Positions 25,274-36,045 of a DNA stretch of 36,045 nt are shown piece by piece (the stretch's first letter is position 1; the number at the start of each line of letters is the position of its first letter). A model generated the notes under the pieces. The model was given only the letters and a program-made list of their open reading frames with translations, did not search any database and was not told the origin of the DNA. The DNA is from Parasitella parasitica NRRL 2501. Its lineage: Eukaryota; Fungi; Mucoromycota. The position numbers and the translations under genes are program-made. The stretch spans positions 1 to 36,045 of the forward strand of contig MU619330.1 in NCBI GenBank assembly GCA_025201805.1, given 5' to 3'.

Positions 25274-28200
25274 TGCTGGCGAATTTAATTTATCTATTAA
25301 AGTATACAATAAAACTGTTTTATCTTTGAGGTTTCTTCCGCTTGAAGCACTTTGGTTGCCAAGGGAACTTGTGGTGGTGGATGGAGACGACCTGACGATG
25401 TTGGTTCGAACATTGGATCTGAACACAGGGCTAGGAAAGTTTACCTTTTCAGGGGCGAAGAATGGTACATGGCGAGGTAAAGGATACTTTTCTAAATTTG
25501 GCTCAGAAGGCAATAATAATTGGGTCGGTTGCGCGGGTGCTGCCGCTGCTGCTGTCGTTGTAGATGTTGATGTTGCTGTAGGTGGTGTAGCTTTTTCAGA
25601 ATGAGTTACTGGATTAGGCACATCGAAAGGAGGTAAGTGAGGAGATGTTGATGCAACTTGCTTTGTTGTTGATGTTGATGTACTAGCGGCCGTGCGAACA
25701 TCTAATATTGATGCAGCAGTGCTTCCAGGAGCTCTATCGTCGTTCTTATACTATAAAACACAAGGAATTAGGGCCACACACAACACTGCTATCCATGTTT
25801 CTGTCCTACCAAATTATGAGTGCCCTGCTTGGAGTTGAAAAAGTCTGGGATTGGTATCTGATCCTCCTCTTCTTCCTTTTGCAATCGCGCAGTGATGGAA
25901 GATGACGATACGGGCGGTAAGGGCATTAAAGGTATATCGTGGTCTAGGATATCATTTCTCTCTTGAATTGTGAGTTTATCCACAAGAGGAGTGTGGATGG
26001 TAGGTTGCTGAGATGTGTTGTTCTTGTTGGTAGAAGGCGCAGGAGGAGGAGGTGGGTCTTGATATAACACTTCATCAATAGCCAAGGGTGGCTCACAGGG
26101 TGGCATTAAAATGGTTGTTTTTGCAAATTCCATCACAGCAGGTTCTTTTTGACGTTGTATGATCTTATCCACATTCATAAAAGATGTTTGTTTTACCTGC
26201 TGCTCTCTCTCCTGTTGTAGCTGCTGCTCTCTCTGTAGCTGCTGCTCTTGCTGTAGCTGCTGCTCTCGTTGTAACTGCCGCTCTCTCTGTAGCCGCTGCT
26301 CTTCATGTAGCCGCTGCTCTTCATGTAGCCGCTGCTCTTCATGTAGCCGCTGCTCTTCATGTAGCCGCTGCTTTTGCTGTAGCTGCTGTTCTTGCTGTAG
26401 CTGCTGCTCTTGCTGTAGCTGCTGCTCTTGTTGTAACTGCTGCTCTTGTTGTAACTGCTGCTCTTTTTGTAGCCTCTGCTCTTCTTGTAGCCGCTGCTCC
26501 TGTTGTAGTTGCTGTTGCTCCTGTTCCAACTGCTGCTGTGAAACAACAGAAAGAGGCGGTTCTATCCTGATATGAATGCCCAACACTCTACAAATTTTAT
26601 TGACAGAATAATCGTCATATGTAGTTGCCACCATTTCAAACAATCTCTGATTCAGCAACCGAATGTGTTTCATAAATGTCACCAAAGGAGCGTGCCACAT
26701 GGTGCCTGAGGTGGATGTAGTGATTAAAGGCAGAAGGATAGCCAGACATTGACGTATATTGTCGTCAGACTCGAACCATTCTGCTGTGGTTGAGGTGCCA
26801 TTGTAATCGTTGCTATTGCTGACAAGACCAAGATACTCGGTAGGTACGCCCTCATACGACCTGGCTGTAATGTCCACATCCTCATTCAGTCCTATCAAAG
26901 GTGTCACCAGTTCGTCCATCCACTCCAGGAACTGTTTGGTGAGCTTTCTTCGATTAGCAGGTAAGCGTGTAATGTCTTTTTTGTTCGTAACGGCAAAGCT
27001 AGAGGCACTACCACCACTACCATTGCCAGCGCCCGCAAAATTTCCGTATTGTATCAGGCTATTGAACAGCGTATCCACCAATGCGGGATGTTGCGACTGC
27101 AGGAAAAGTTTGGCCCTCACGAGGCCCATTTGGGCCAGCTGCTGCTTTGCAAGATCGTTTTCGGACTTACCGTCGGCATTTGCTTCTAGTATGAGCTTGG
27201 GGATGTACTCTTCGAATGTCAATAGTCGAAACATGACACAGGTAACTGCATCCCACGTAAACAGAGCCTCAGGATAGTGATCATCCCACAGTTTGATTAT
27301 GATGGCCTTGAGCTCTTGGCCGTTTTTAGGCGGGCTGTTGGGGACATCTAGCTGAATTTCTGCATTACCAAAGGGAGGAAACGAGCCCAGTTTCTTTGCA
27401 AGTAGCACAATGCCTTCAGATCGCTGAAACATGTCATCGCTTGTGATCAAATGCATGAAATTACTGGTGGGTTTTCGTTTAATCAAACTGACAGCCGACT
27501 TTTTTCGATTGAGGGTGGGCACCCGCGTTTTGTGCGCTGGTTGTGGATGAGCGTCTTGCTGCTGTTGCTGCATCTGAGAAGAAATGGAAGCGGGCGGTGG
27601 TGGCGTTGACCTCAGGTGAGGTGGTGACATGGCTCGGTTGTTAGGTGGCGATATCGATCGTTTCAAGGAGCCGTTGGATGCACTGGAGTTGGAGGGCGAC
27701 AAATCATGGTGGCGATGTCTGCCAGAGGAAATAGAGGCTTTAGGTGATACAACTGTTTTTGACTTTTCCAGCTGCTTCTGTGCTGCTGCAGGTAACTGCT
27801 TGAGAATACTAAAGGGAAAAAAAAAAAGTTAGTTAGAGTGCTGTTCGTGTGCTTATTTTTTCGCCTCAATACTTTTCGCCCCTCTCTCTCCAGTGCTCCC
27901 AGAATATCCAAAATGCTTCTCTACATGCTTCTTTGACGCCTGGACTGGGATCGTTGAGCCCCTTTACAATGATGTTTTCAAAATGGTCCGTGCTATGGGT
28001 ACGATCCATGGTCTGTCGAGTTCGATCATGGTGAGCATGTGTCTCGAGCAGCGTCTTGACGTAGCTGATGGCGTACAGTCTAACCTGGGTGTTCTTTTCG
28101 CCGATGGAGAGATTCAACATGTTCATGATCTTGGGGTAGAAGAGGGTGTGTTTCAGGAACGTTTTGGTTGCTTCCAATGACGCAGTAGCGACCATTTTTT

Positions 28201-28709
28201 TGGTTAAGCTGGAGCATCGCATCATACACAATAATATCTGATCTGTTGTATAGGTATCTAAATGCTTGCCAATGTAAACACCAATGTCTACAATCAGACA
28301 GAGCGCCTTTACTGCCAGTTGAGTGCGAAGACTTTCCACCTATATGTTCCATGTACGTGAATAACATGTACAGAGTTTTCTGAGGCTACAGAATACTCAC
28401 GGCTTTCACAATGCCATCTACCATCTGCTTCATACAGGGTAACAGCACCTCAAGGTACGGTGGCTCTGTTGCGTTTCCCCGAAGAATGCCTCTCAAACGT
28501 GATACTGATTTCTCTCGTTCTTCCCAATTGAACTCTGTCTCTTTGTCATGGTATGCCTTCATCATTTGGCTAAACTCTCCTTCGAGTTCCTTTGCACTCC
28601 ATATCTTTTGTAAACATTAATAAGATTTGGTACCTGAAAAGTTTTTCTCTTGTTTTTTTCATACCTGTACAGGATCTATATCTGCTGATTCGTCTTTTGC
28701 ATTTGTCAT
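24314..28709 (-). CDS. STU1: CLASP/Stu1 microtubule-associated TOG/HEAT protein, about 1339 aa; exons 28709-28665, 28604-28401, 28339-27873, 27808-25810, 25750-24911, 24833-24579, 24523-24314
   Basis: CLASP N-terminal region KETEFNWEEREKSVSRLRGILRGNA, SLRTQLA, EKNTQVRLY and KGLNDPSPGVKEACREAFW. C-terminal helical domain ending QLNLLKYYV. Six GT..AG introns preserve the frame. Confidence 0.88.
25235..25268. repeat. (GTT)n microsatellite encoding poly-Thr in CLASP
   Basis: Read directly from the sequence. Confidence 0.9.
26218..26505 (-). repeat. 16 x 18-nt coding minisatellite (QQEQQL / HEEQRL / QREQQL units) in CLASP
   Basis: 288 nt equals 16 units of 18 nt, each ending in a Leu codon. Confidence 0.95.
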
Positions 28710-29000
28710 TTGTAGACGATGTTAACCGCTAGAAAGTAACAGTAAAATAAAAATAAAAAATAAAAAGTAAAGAAGAGGGAAAGAGAGGGAGAGAGAGAGC
28801 GAGAAAGTGCCTAGTAGACATTTTTAATACCTCAATACACACACAACAAGCACACACACAAACGAGAAGCTTCACGTGATACAACGGAGATTATACAGTA
28901 GCCAAAACGTTTTACAATCATGGCAATGCCAAGGTGAACTTTTACTTGGTAAACGGTTTCTTTTTCTTCTTTTTTCTCAACGACTAAAAAGGCTCTAAAA
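28710..29000. promoter_or_regulatory. Bidirectional promoter between CLASP and VTI1 with palindromic E-box TCACGTGA (28872-28879)
   Basis: 291 nt separate the divergent ATGs, and the motif is read directly. Function is inferred. Confidence 0.55.
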
Positions 29001-30016
29001 ATGGCATCTTCTGCTGGAGGTTCAGAGCTATTTTCTAGCTATGAACAGGATTTCACATCAATTACAGACTCTATCAAACGAAAGATAGAACAGCAAATCC
29101 CAAACCAAAAAGGAGGTAGGTTTAGCAGAGATAATGAAATATGTCATTGTGTTAAACAGCTTCAAAAGAGGAAAGAAAGGCGAGTATCCGTGCTGTTGAA
29201 AGAGAGATTGACGAAGCCGACGAAATTGTAAGTATGGGATGAACTGCATACAAGCATGCTGAATGTCTAATCTTTGGCTATTCCCCAAGCTTGGTCAAAT
29301 GGAAATGGAAATCTTGAATATTCCTACACCTTCCCGCACTCGTTTACAAGCCAAGTTGAGGCTTTACAAGTCTGAGGCAGAGAAGCTCAAGAGGGATTTG
29401 GTATGATTTCAACTGCAAAATCAATCAACGACTAATACAAATACACATCAACAGAGACGCACAACAGCTATTGTTCCAAAGAATTCAGATAGAGACGAGT
29501 TGCTCGGTGGGTACGGTAATGGAGACAATGAGGATGGCAATGGCTTTGATGCTTCTACCATGGACCAGCGCCAACGTTTATTGAGTGGAACTGAGAGACT
29601 GGGCCAATCTAGTCGTCGTTTGGAGGATAGTCATCGGTTGGCCCTGGAAACCGAAGGCATTGGCATCAATATTTTAAGCACATTGAAGGGACAGCGTGAA
29701 ACTATGGTCAGAGCAAGAGATACAGTAAGTTTTTTTTTTGTTTTTTTTGTTGTTGTTTTGTTTGCTTGCATTTTACTAAACAAATTGGTTGTAGCTTGCA
29801 GAGGCTGACTCTCATATCGATAAAGCAACCAAGACACTCAAAGGCATGGCACGCCGGTAAGTTTTCCTTTTTTTTTTTTCTTTTGTCAAGAAAATCAACA
29901 CGACAAGATGACTTACACTTTCCATAAGCATGGCTACCAACAAACTTATTACAGCTGCTATTATTTTGATTTTAATCGTTTTAATCGTGTTGGTTATTTG
30001 GAGCAAACTATTCTAA
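29001..30016 (+). CDS. VTI1: Vti1 Qb-SNARE, 234 aa; exons 29001-29115, 29169-29227, 29290-29400, 29455-29724, 29795-29856, 29929-30016
   Basis: SELFSSYEQDF N-terminus, SNARE motif DQRQRLLSGTERL..SSRRLEDSHRLALETEGIG..ILSTLKGQRE, and C-terminal TM anchor LITAAIILILIVLIVLVIW. Confidence 0.95.
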
Positions 30017-30055
30017 TATCTCTTGATTTATAGCTTTTTTTGAAAAATAAAATCC

Positions 30056-31529
30056 TCAATCATCTTGAACATCTTTGATACCTTCCTCAGCAATCGCAAA
30101 CGTACACTCGCTTTCTGGTAAAGAAGGCGAGTCATAAACTTTACAAATGCGTGTTTCTCCTCTTCCCTTCTTAAAATGCAAGCGAGTGCAACATGCGTGT
30201 CCCATGATGTTCCCACCTGTAGGTTTCTTTGCATCCGACGTAAACATAGAGGCTGATCCGTCTACATTCGACAGCATTTGGTTTGTTACTACGACTGCTA
30301 CCCCAAATTCATCTGCAATACGTTGAAGGCTTCGCAAGAAACGTGCTAAATGCATCTGGCGCGCTGATAGCTCTCCACGGCCCAAGTAGTCTGTACGGTA
30401 CAATGAGATGATACTATCTACAATCACCAAAGCAAACCTTTTTACTGTTTAGTCCCAAGCCAGACGCATCGCTCGATTGACATATAAAGCAACCATACCT
30501 TGTTTCAGACATCATGGCGGCTGCTTGAACTAAAAGTGCGGTTTGATGGTCAGTGTTGTAGGCGCGAGCATAAGCGATATTATCCAAGCAGGTTTCTGCA
30601 TCCAAACCAAATCTATTCAAAAATTATGCGATAATGTTAAAATAGGACACTCTCGTTTTATATATATGGTAAATAATGTGAAAAAAAAAAAAAAAAAAAA
30701 AAAAACCTGGCTGCAATGGACAATATCCTATTTGTTCTAAATGTCCCCTCTGTATCAATGTAAAGACATTTGCCTTCAGCGCCACCTTGCTCCATTGAAA
30801 GCTACGTTTATTGCTTAATATTAGTAACCAAATTTGTTTTCAGCATGAATTATATCAATGCGATTTGAACGTATATAAAACCACAAAGTATTTGATATCC
30901 TGAACAATGAAACTATGTACCTGACATGAGACAGCAAGCGTATGGCAAAGTTGAGTTTTACCACATCTAAACTCTCCAAACAATTCAGTGATAGACCCAG
31001 TTTCTATGCCACCACCTAACAACGCATCAAAATCCTTGGATCCAGTGGTGATATAGATGAGTTCACTCCTTCGTTGTTGAACATCAAGTGCAGTAGTAAA
31101 GCCAATGTCAATTAGAGCGCTAACTAGAAGTCGAGCAAGTATATGTAAATGTAAAAGTAGAATACAATCATTGTATAGCAGTTGGTGAATACCCTCTTTC
31201 ATTATCTTGTCCACTTTGGCTTCTGATAATCCGTTGATGGCTAATAACGATTTTCTTGGAGAATAGGCCAAAGCATCAACTGTATAGAAGCCAGCAGCTT
31301 GAAGCTTTTTGATATCTACTTCTTGAATTCCATGATCCTTTTGATGTCGTCGTTAGCCCTTAAATCTTTTACTTGTAACACATGCTCATTGTACTCTTAA
31401 TGTGGTAACTAAAACCGCAGAAAAGCTTTCATTTTCTTGCTCTTGTTCTTTTACAATTTCATCCTCATTATTATCACCAAACACTGTCTGCTCTGTAGAC
31501 GATTGTTTGCCACTTCGAGTATTTGTCAT
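30056..31529 (-). CDS. RAD51: RAD51-type recombinase, 357 aa; exons 31529-31395, 31337-31193, 31123-30921, 30801-30707, 30612-30499, 30437-30056
   Basis: N-terminal HhH ([10 protein letters not shown]), GFTTA, Walker [17 protein letters not shown] and Walker B LVIVDS. L1 ([16 protein letters not shown]) and L2 (VDG) are RAD51-type rather than DMC1-type. Confidence 0.93.
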
Positions 31530-31703
31530 TTTGAAATTGTTATCAAGTTTTTTGTTAAAAAGAGAAAAGAAAGATAGAAAGAGAGATTTTAATTCATATT
31601 AATATAATAAATTTCAAGTTATATAGTATATATGTGCCAACATATACGAAATGCATATATAGATTCAAGTTATTAGCAAGTTTTAGAAATGAAATCATGG
31701 TGT

Positions 31704-32968
31704 TTACATATTCTTTGGATTGGATGGAGAAGCTATTGGATAAATAGGATAGTGAACTGCTGTATAATCCATGACAGTGCTTCCAAAGGTGCATTTTGAC
31801 AGTTGATCTATGTAATAACATATATAAATTAGTGAATAGCGTCCAGCTACAAATATAAAGTAACATACCCATTAAGCTAGGAATAGGCGCTGCTTGTTTC
31901 CACTGATGCCGATCTTTAGCCAGAGTTGATGTGGGAGTGGAAAAAGAGGGCTGCATATTACATGAGGCGGAAGATGTAGACGACGAAGAGGGAGATAAAG
32001 AAAGATTTAGCATGGAGGTTGCAGCAACATTGGTGGAGTGCTGCGAGGAGCTTTGCTTGAGAATACGTGGTGAGAGAGGTGGAGAAGATGGCGATGATAT
32101 ATAGGTTCTCGTTGATTTGTCACTACCATTACTATTGGGTGGAGATGCGTAAAGCATGTTATCATCTAATAATACCAAGAATAAAAAGTTACACATGTGC
32201 AAGCTGTAATGTAGCTTGATCAATTCTAAACTTACTGAGGTGGCGATCAGACTCGCCGTGCTCTTTTTTTAATGCAATTGATGATGGTGCGTTATGTATG
32301 GAGTGTCGCTGTTGACGTACAGGCGTAGCAGGTCTCGAGTGCCGAGAATGAGGAGACGATATTTTCTCAAGTCCTAATGCAGCTTGTTTTAGCTCTTGTA
32401 TTTCCTTTGTTAATGGTGACTGAGATAAAGGACTAGGAGTAAATACTGTCATGAGTTTCTCGATTCTTCTAAGACGATTTTGAATACGGTCAATGGCTCC
32501 ATTGTCTCCTGCAGCAGTGCTAGCAGCTGAATTATCAGATGAAATAGCTAACGAAGATGATGTGGCTGGCAAATTCGAAGGAGATGAAAGTGAAGAAGCC
32601 ACCACAGATCTCTTTCTACGCTCTGAATTGTTGACACACTCGATACCGTTGCTAGCACAGAAATTGCAAGGACTGTTGCCATCACATTTTGTTTTACGTC
32701 TTCTGCATGTTTCGCAGGCAGAGCCTGAGCTTAATCGACGTGCAGTATTGGTTGTGAATACGCTTCGTGGGTGATCTGATACAACGCTATACACACAATC
32801 ATGGACTTCGTCTATGCAATGCGCACAAGGTTTTCCTCCATTGCAAATACGTTTTCTTCGTTTACATGGTTCACAGCCTCGGAGTGTTGAGCAGCGTTCC
32901 ACAAGCTGGTTTCGGGTAGGGCCAGGATTGGATAATTTGCGATTGGTGGTGGGTAAAGGAGAAGACAT
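31704..32968 (-). CDS. Transcription factor with two tandem Zn(II)2Cys6 clusters, about 377 aa; exons 32968-32236, 32165-31869, 31807-31704
   Basis: CEPCKRRKRICNGGKPCAHCIDEVHDC and CETCRRRKTKCDGNSPCNFCASNGIEC, followed by the dimerisation-type helix IQNRLRRIEKLM. Ser-rich tail. Confidence 0.9.
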
Positions 32969-35900
32969 TTAGTCTATATGTTATCAAATTAGTTTGTGAT
33001 CTGCTTTTATTGTTGGATGGATGAGGTGTCTTTTAATTTTCCAGCTGCTGCTATCAATTTCTCTAGTGGTTTCTTTAATATTCAAGACAAGTGATTGAAA
33101 GCGAAAAGAAATCCAGATTTGAAATACGAAAAAAGAGGATAGAGTAAAAGAAAGAAAAAGAAAGGGGAACGGAAATTAAGATGGGACAAGAAAAACCCTA
33201 AAGTATCATTGTAACTTTTATCGGTGTTCCCTCCGTCGTGATCCTTCCTGTTTGAGTGGCGATTAACGATTCATTATTTGTGGGAAAAAAAAGGGGAGGG
33301 GGGGGGGGGTACGGTATCCAATAACCTTGAAATCCAGGGCGAAACATTTGATTTTGACAAGGGTAACCGCCAATCCTTGTACAGGATACACCTTCTGTCG
33401 GCGAATGTTCGAACAAGATCTAAGCGATCAGCTGCGTTGTCTAATCTTTAAGGTTCTGGGACAGCAAATCGTGGAGATAGCAATATACTTTTTGTTGTGT
33501 GAAAAGATAGCAATGCAATTTTTTATATAAATATACACATTATGAGAAAGACGAATCTATATAACATACCCGTGATTTTTATATTTTTTATTGGTAATAC
33601 TGTCTGTGCGTCCTTGCTGTTCGCCAATAGGCGCAATAGGTTTTAGTCTACTTCTTTTAAGTTTTCGCATTCAATTATCTGAGCCGGAATAAAGTTTAGA
33701 TTATCTAATGCTCTTGAACATGTTACGTTAGCTCTTGATAGCTGTCATCAAAAGATCGCTTGCGACCTCAAAGCCGCTCCTATTATACTGATACTTGCAA
33801 ATTTGTGCAGCTACATTTGATAGGCTGTGCTATATATCTGCTTTTCCCGAGCTCTATAAACATGAAAACTAATGCGGGTTTGCAACTATATTTCCCACTT
33901 GGATTTCACATATACTGTACACCTGAGAAATGTAGATTAACTTTTAAGATCGTTATTCAACACAAGCAATGTATCGAACTGCTATTTTAAACAATAATGA
34001 TCGAAAAATCATGGTAAATTAAACGATGTATTGAATCACTTCACTTCACCATTTGATCATGTGCTGAACCATTACCGTAATATCATGAACTTGTAAACGT
34101 TAGTTCCATTTGATAAGCCTTTTGTTACTCGTCCAAATGTCTTTTCTCCATTTCTACAGTAAATGTTGATCGCTGTATTTTTTTTTTTTTTTTTTTTTTG
34201 TGGAAGTGTAGCCGTAAACATACTTGCTTCTGCCATATGAGTATGAAAGATTCTTTAACACTAGATGAAAAGTCGAAATCATTTTCAAGAAAATAGCCAA
34301 TGTGGAAATTCGATCATAAAATGAACCAGAAATACACTGCAGCCTTTAATAAAAATATATATGTCAAATCAGAAGTAAATTTTGGCTTTTGTAATTCCTG
34401 CATTGCTTGCCAGATGAAAGTAATCTCCTTACGACTTGTAAACATGTCAATATTTTCGGCTTGATGGCACGAATCTCAAGTTCCACAAAGTACACGGATC
34501 TATGAATTCTTGAAATTTTCACTGGTTCTCGACATTTTCGATTTGAAATATTGATTTTGAACACTTCTTCTGCTAATAACGTCAAGAAGTTGGCATTGCT
34601 GTCAATATAAACTCACTATATTATCTGATTCAGAGAGACGCATTCAAAAGCATGCATTTGACTTTTTACATATCTTGGTAATACATAGAGTCATTGACTT
34701 TATTTATCCTGCTAATTAAATAACCTTCCTTTCATCCGACTGCGACTGTTCCAGCCACTGCCAAAATTTTGTAAAAAATGTAGTGTACGAAGGTAATTTG
34801 AGTACATCTTAAAAACTGCTAGGGTAAAAACAGGCGGTAAGTGCCCAGGCAGCCTATCTTTTGCATATACCGTTTTTAAAAAATATCAACCAGTGGTAAC
34901 CGACTTATGCTCATGTAGCCCTGAATATGCTTGTTTTAATCAATCTTGAAACAGGATTTATTTTCTTGCGTATCAAAACGTGTGTGATAGATATTTGATT
35001 AGTAATATGTCATTTTCCTTTGAAATTTATTGTTATATAATGTTTTTATAGATGTAATGCATTTATTAGATAGCGATGATTTTCATATTTTGTTATGTTA
35101 TCCAGCTTCGATCTCGGACCCACAAGTATCTTACGAAAGTTGCCATCAAAAATATCTGTTGTTTCTAATTATTTACGAAAATAAAAAAATGATTTTGTGT
35201 ATAACTTTTGATAAAAATATAAAAATAAAAGCGTTGTACAAATTACAATTGTAATCAAATTAAAAGTATACTGAGGTTTTATCCAGAGAAAAAAAATATT
35301 AGTATTTATAGGATTTGAATTGTCGTATATCAGTTCTCATGAATGGAGCATTGATTCGAGATCCAATGCGTTAACTTGTCGTATTGTTTAATTTCAGGTT
35401 TTAAGGAGAAGCAATCGTGCTGAGTTGCTTTTACCATTGATAGAGATTGGCATAGCATTAGTTGGCCGTGTGAGGATGGCTATCGTCATATTTTAGTTAT
35501 TATTTTAAAGATATCTTTATCTAGAATGATGGGAAAAACTCTTTGGATGACGAGCCGCCATAATTGATATCTTGTCATTATGTATTCTTATTCTGAATGT
35601 TTATTGTGGAAGGGAAAGCACTTTTAATCTGGAGTGTTTTCCTTCACACGACATTCATTGATAAGGTCCTAAATTATATTTGTAATGCGTTTTGATTTAA
35701 ATGACTTTAATATGTTATGCGAGCACGAGTGGCATGAATTGACTATGCGTGACATTTGAGTCTAGCTTTTTCAGCTATGCGCTTTTAGCAATACCATTCC
35801 ATTGCAGTGATCTCCTATAAATATCTATAGTTATGGCAGATCGTATAGTATATGTCTGTATTGTACATCTTATTAACTGCGCACCTGCGCACATATGTAA

Positions 35901-36045
35901 TCTATATCAATTTAAGGTAGCTGAATGAATCTAAAATTGGAATGCAGATCATCATAGTAAATGCATTGCAAAGTGCATAATATTTTTATTATTTTTGTTT
36001 TTCTCATAAAAATACGATTAATTTGGCTAAGTCAACACCAAAATT

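Noticed and set aside
26218-26505. Regular repeat array as a possible CRISPR
   Set aside because: Head-to-tail coding repeats with no unique spacers, in a eukaryotic gene.
26159-26575. Cys/Ser-rich, Ala/Val-rich and Ser/Tyr-rich ORFs resembling metallothionein or keratin-associated proteins
   Set aside because: They are antisense or alternative-frame readings of the 18-nt CLASP repeat.
30008-30058. Stop-codon readthrough of RAD51 giving a peroxisomal signal
   Set aside because: The context is TGA-GGA rather than TGA-CTA, and the in-frame extension does not end in an SKL-like tripeptide.
30056-31529. DMC1 assignment
   Set aside because: L1 (ELSARQMHL), L2 (VDG), GGNI and [10 protein letters not shown] are RAD51-type.

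Overview
Eukaryotic, AT-rich, short-intron genomic DNA, most consistent with a Mucorales (Mucor-like) fungus; the taxon is inferred from gene content, the mostly 50-140 nt introns and microsatellite style. No rRNA, tRNA, CRISPR array or intact mobile element was recognised. Ten intact protein-coding genes were spliced by hand, and each model sums to a multiple of 3. They encode a stand-alone FHA protein, a secreted Ala/Ile/Leu/Val/Lys-rich protein, a bacterial-type bestrophin, a Pom1/DYRK2-class kinase, an intronless FYVE protein, a TEA-domain transcription factor, CLASP/Stu1, the SNARE Vti1, a RAD51-type recombinase and a factor with two Zn(II)2Cys6 clusters. There is also a decayed 4-LIM paxillin-like pseudogene and a C2H2 zinc-finger remnant. 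The left ~12 kb and right ~3 kb are gene-poor, while 12.6-33 kb is tightly packed. The most notable observation is that the TEA factor carries a C-terminal domain aligning by eye with the animal TEAD YAP-binding domain but lacking the palmitoylated cysteine, in a kingdom where YAP/Yorkie is not known. The RAD51 also has substitutions at normally conserved positions and ends only 39 nt from the convergent VTI1. All family calls rest on motif recognition; no searches were run.
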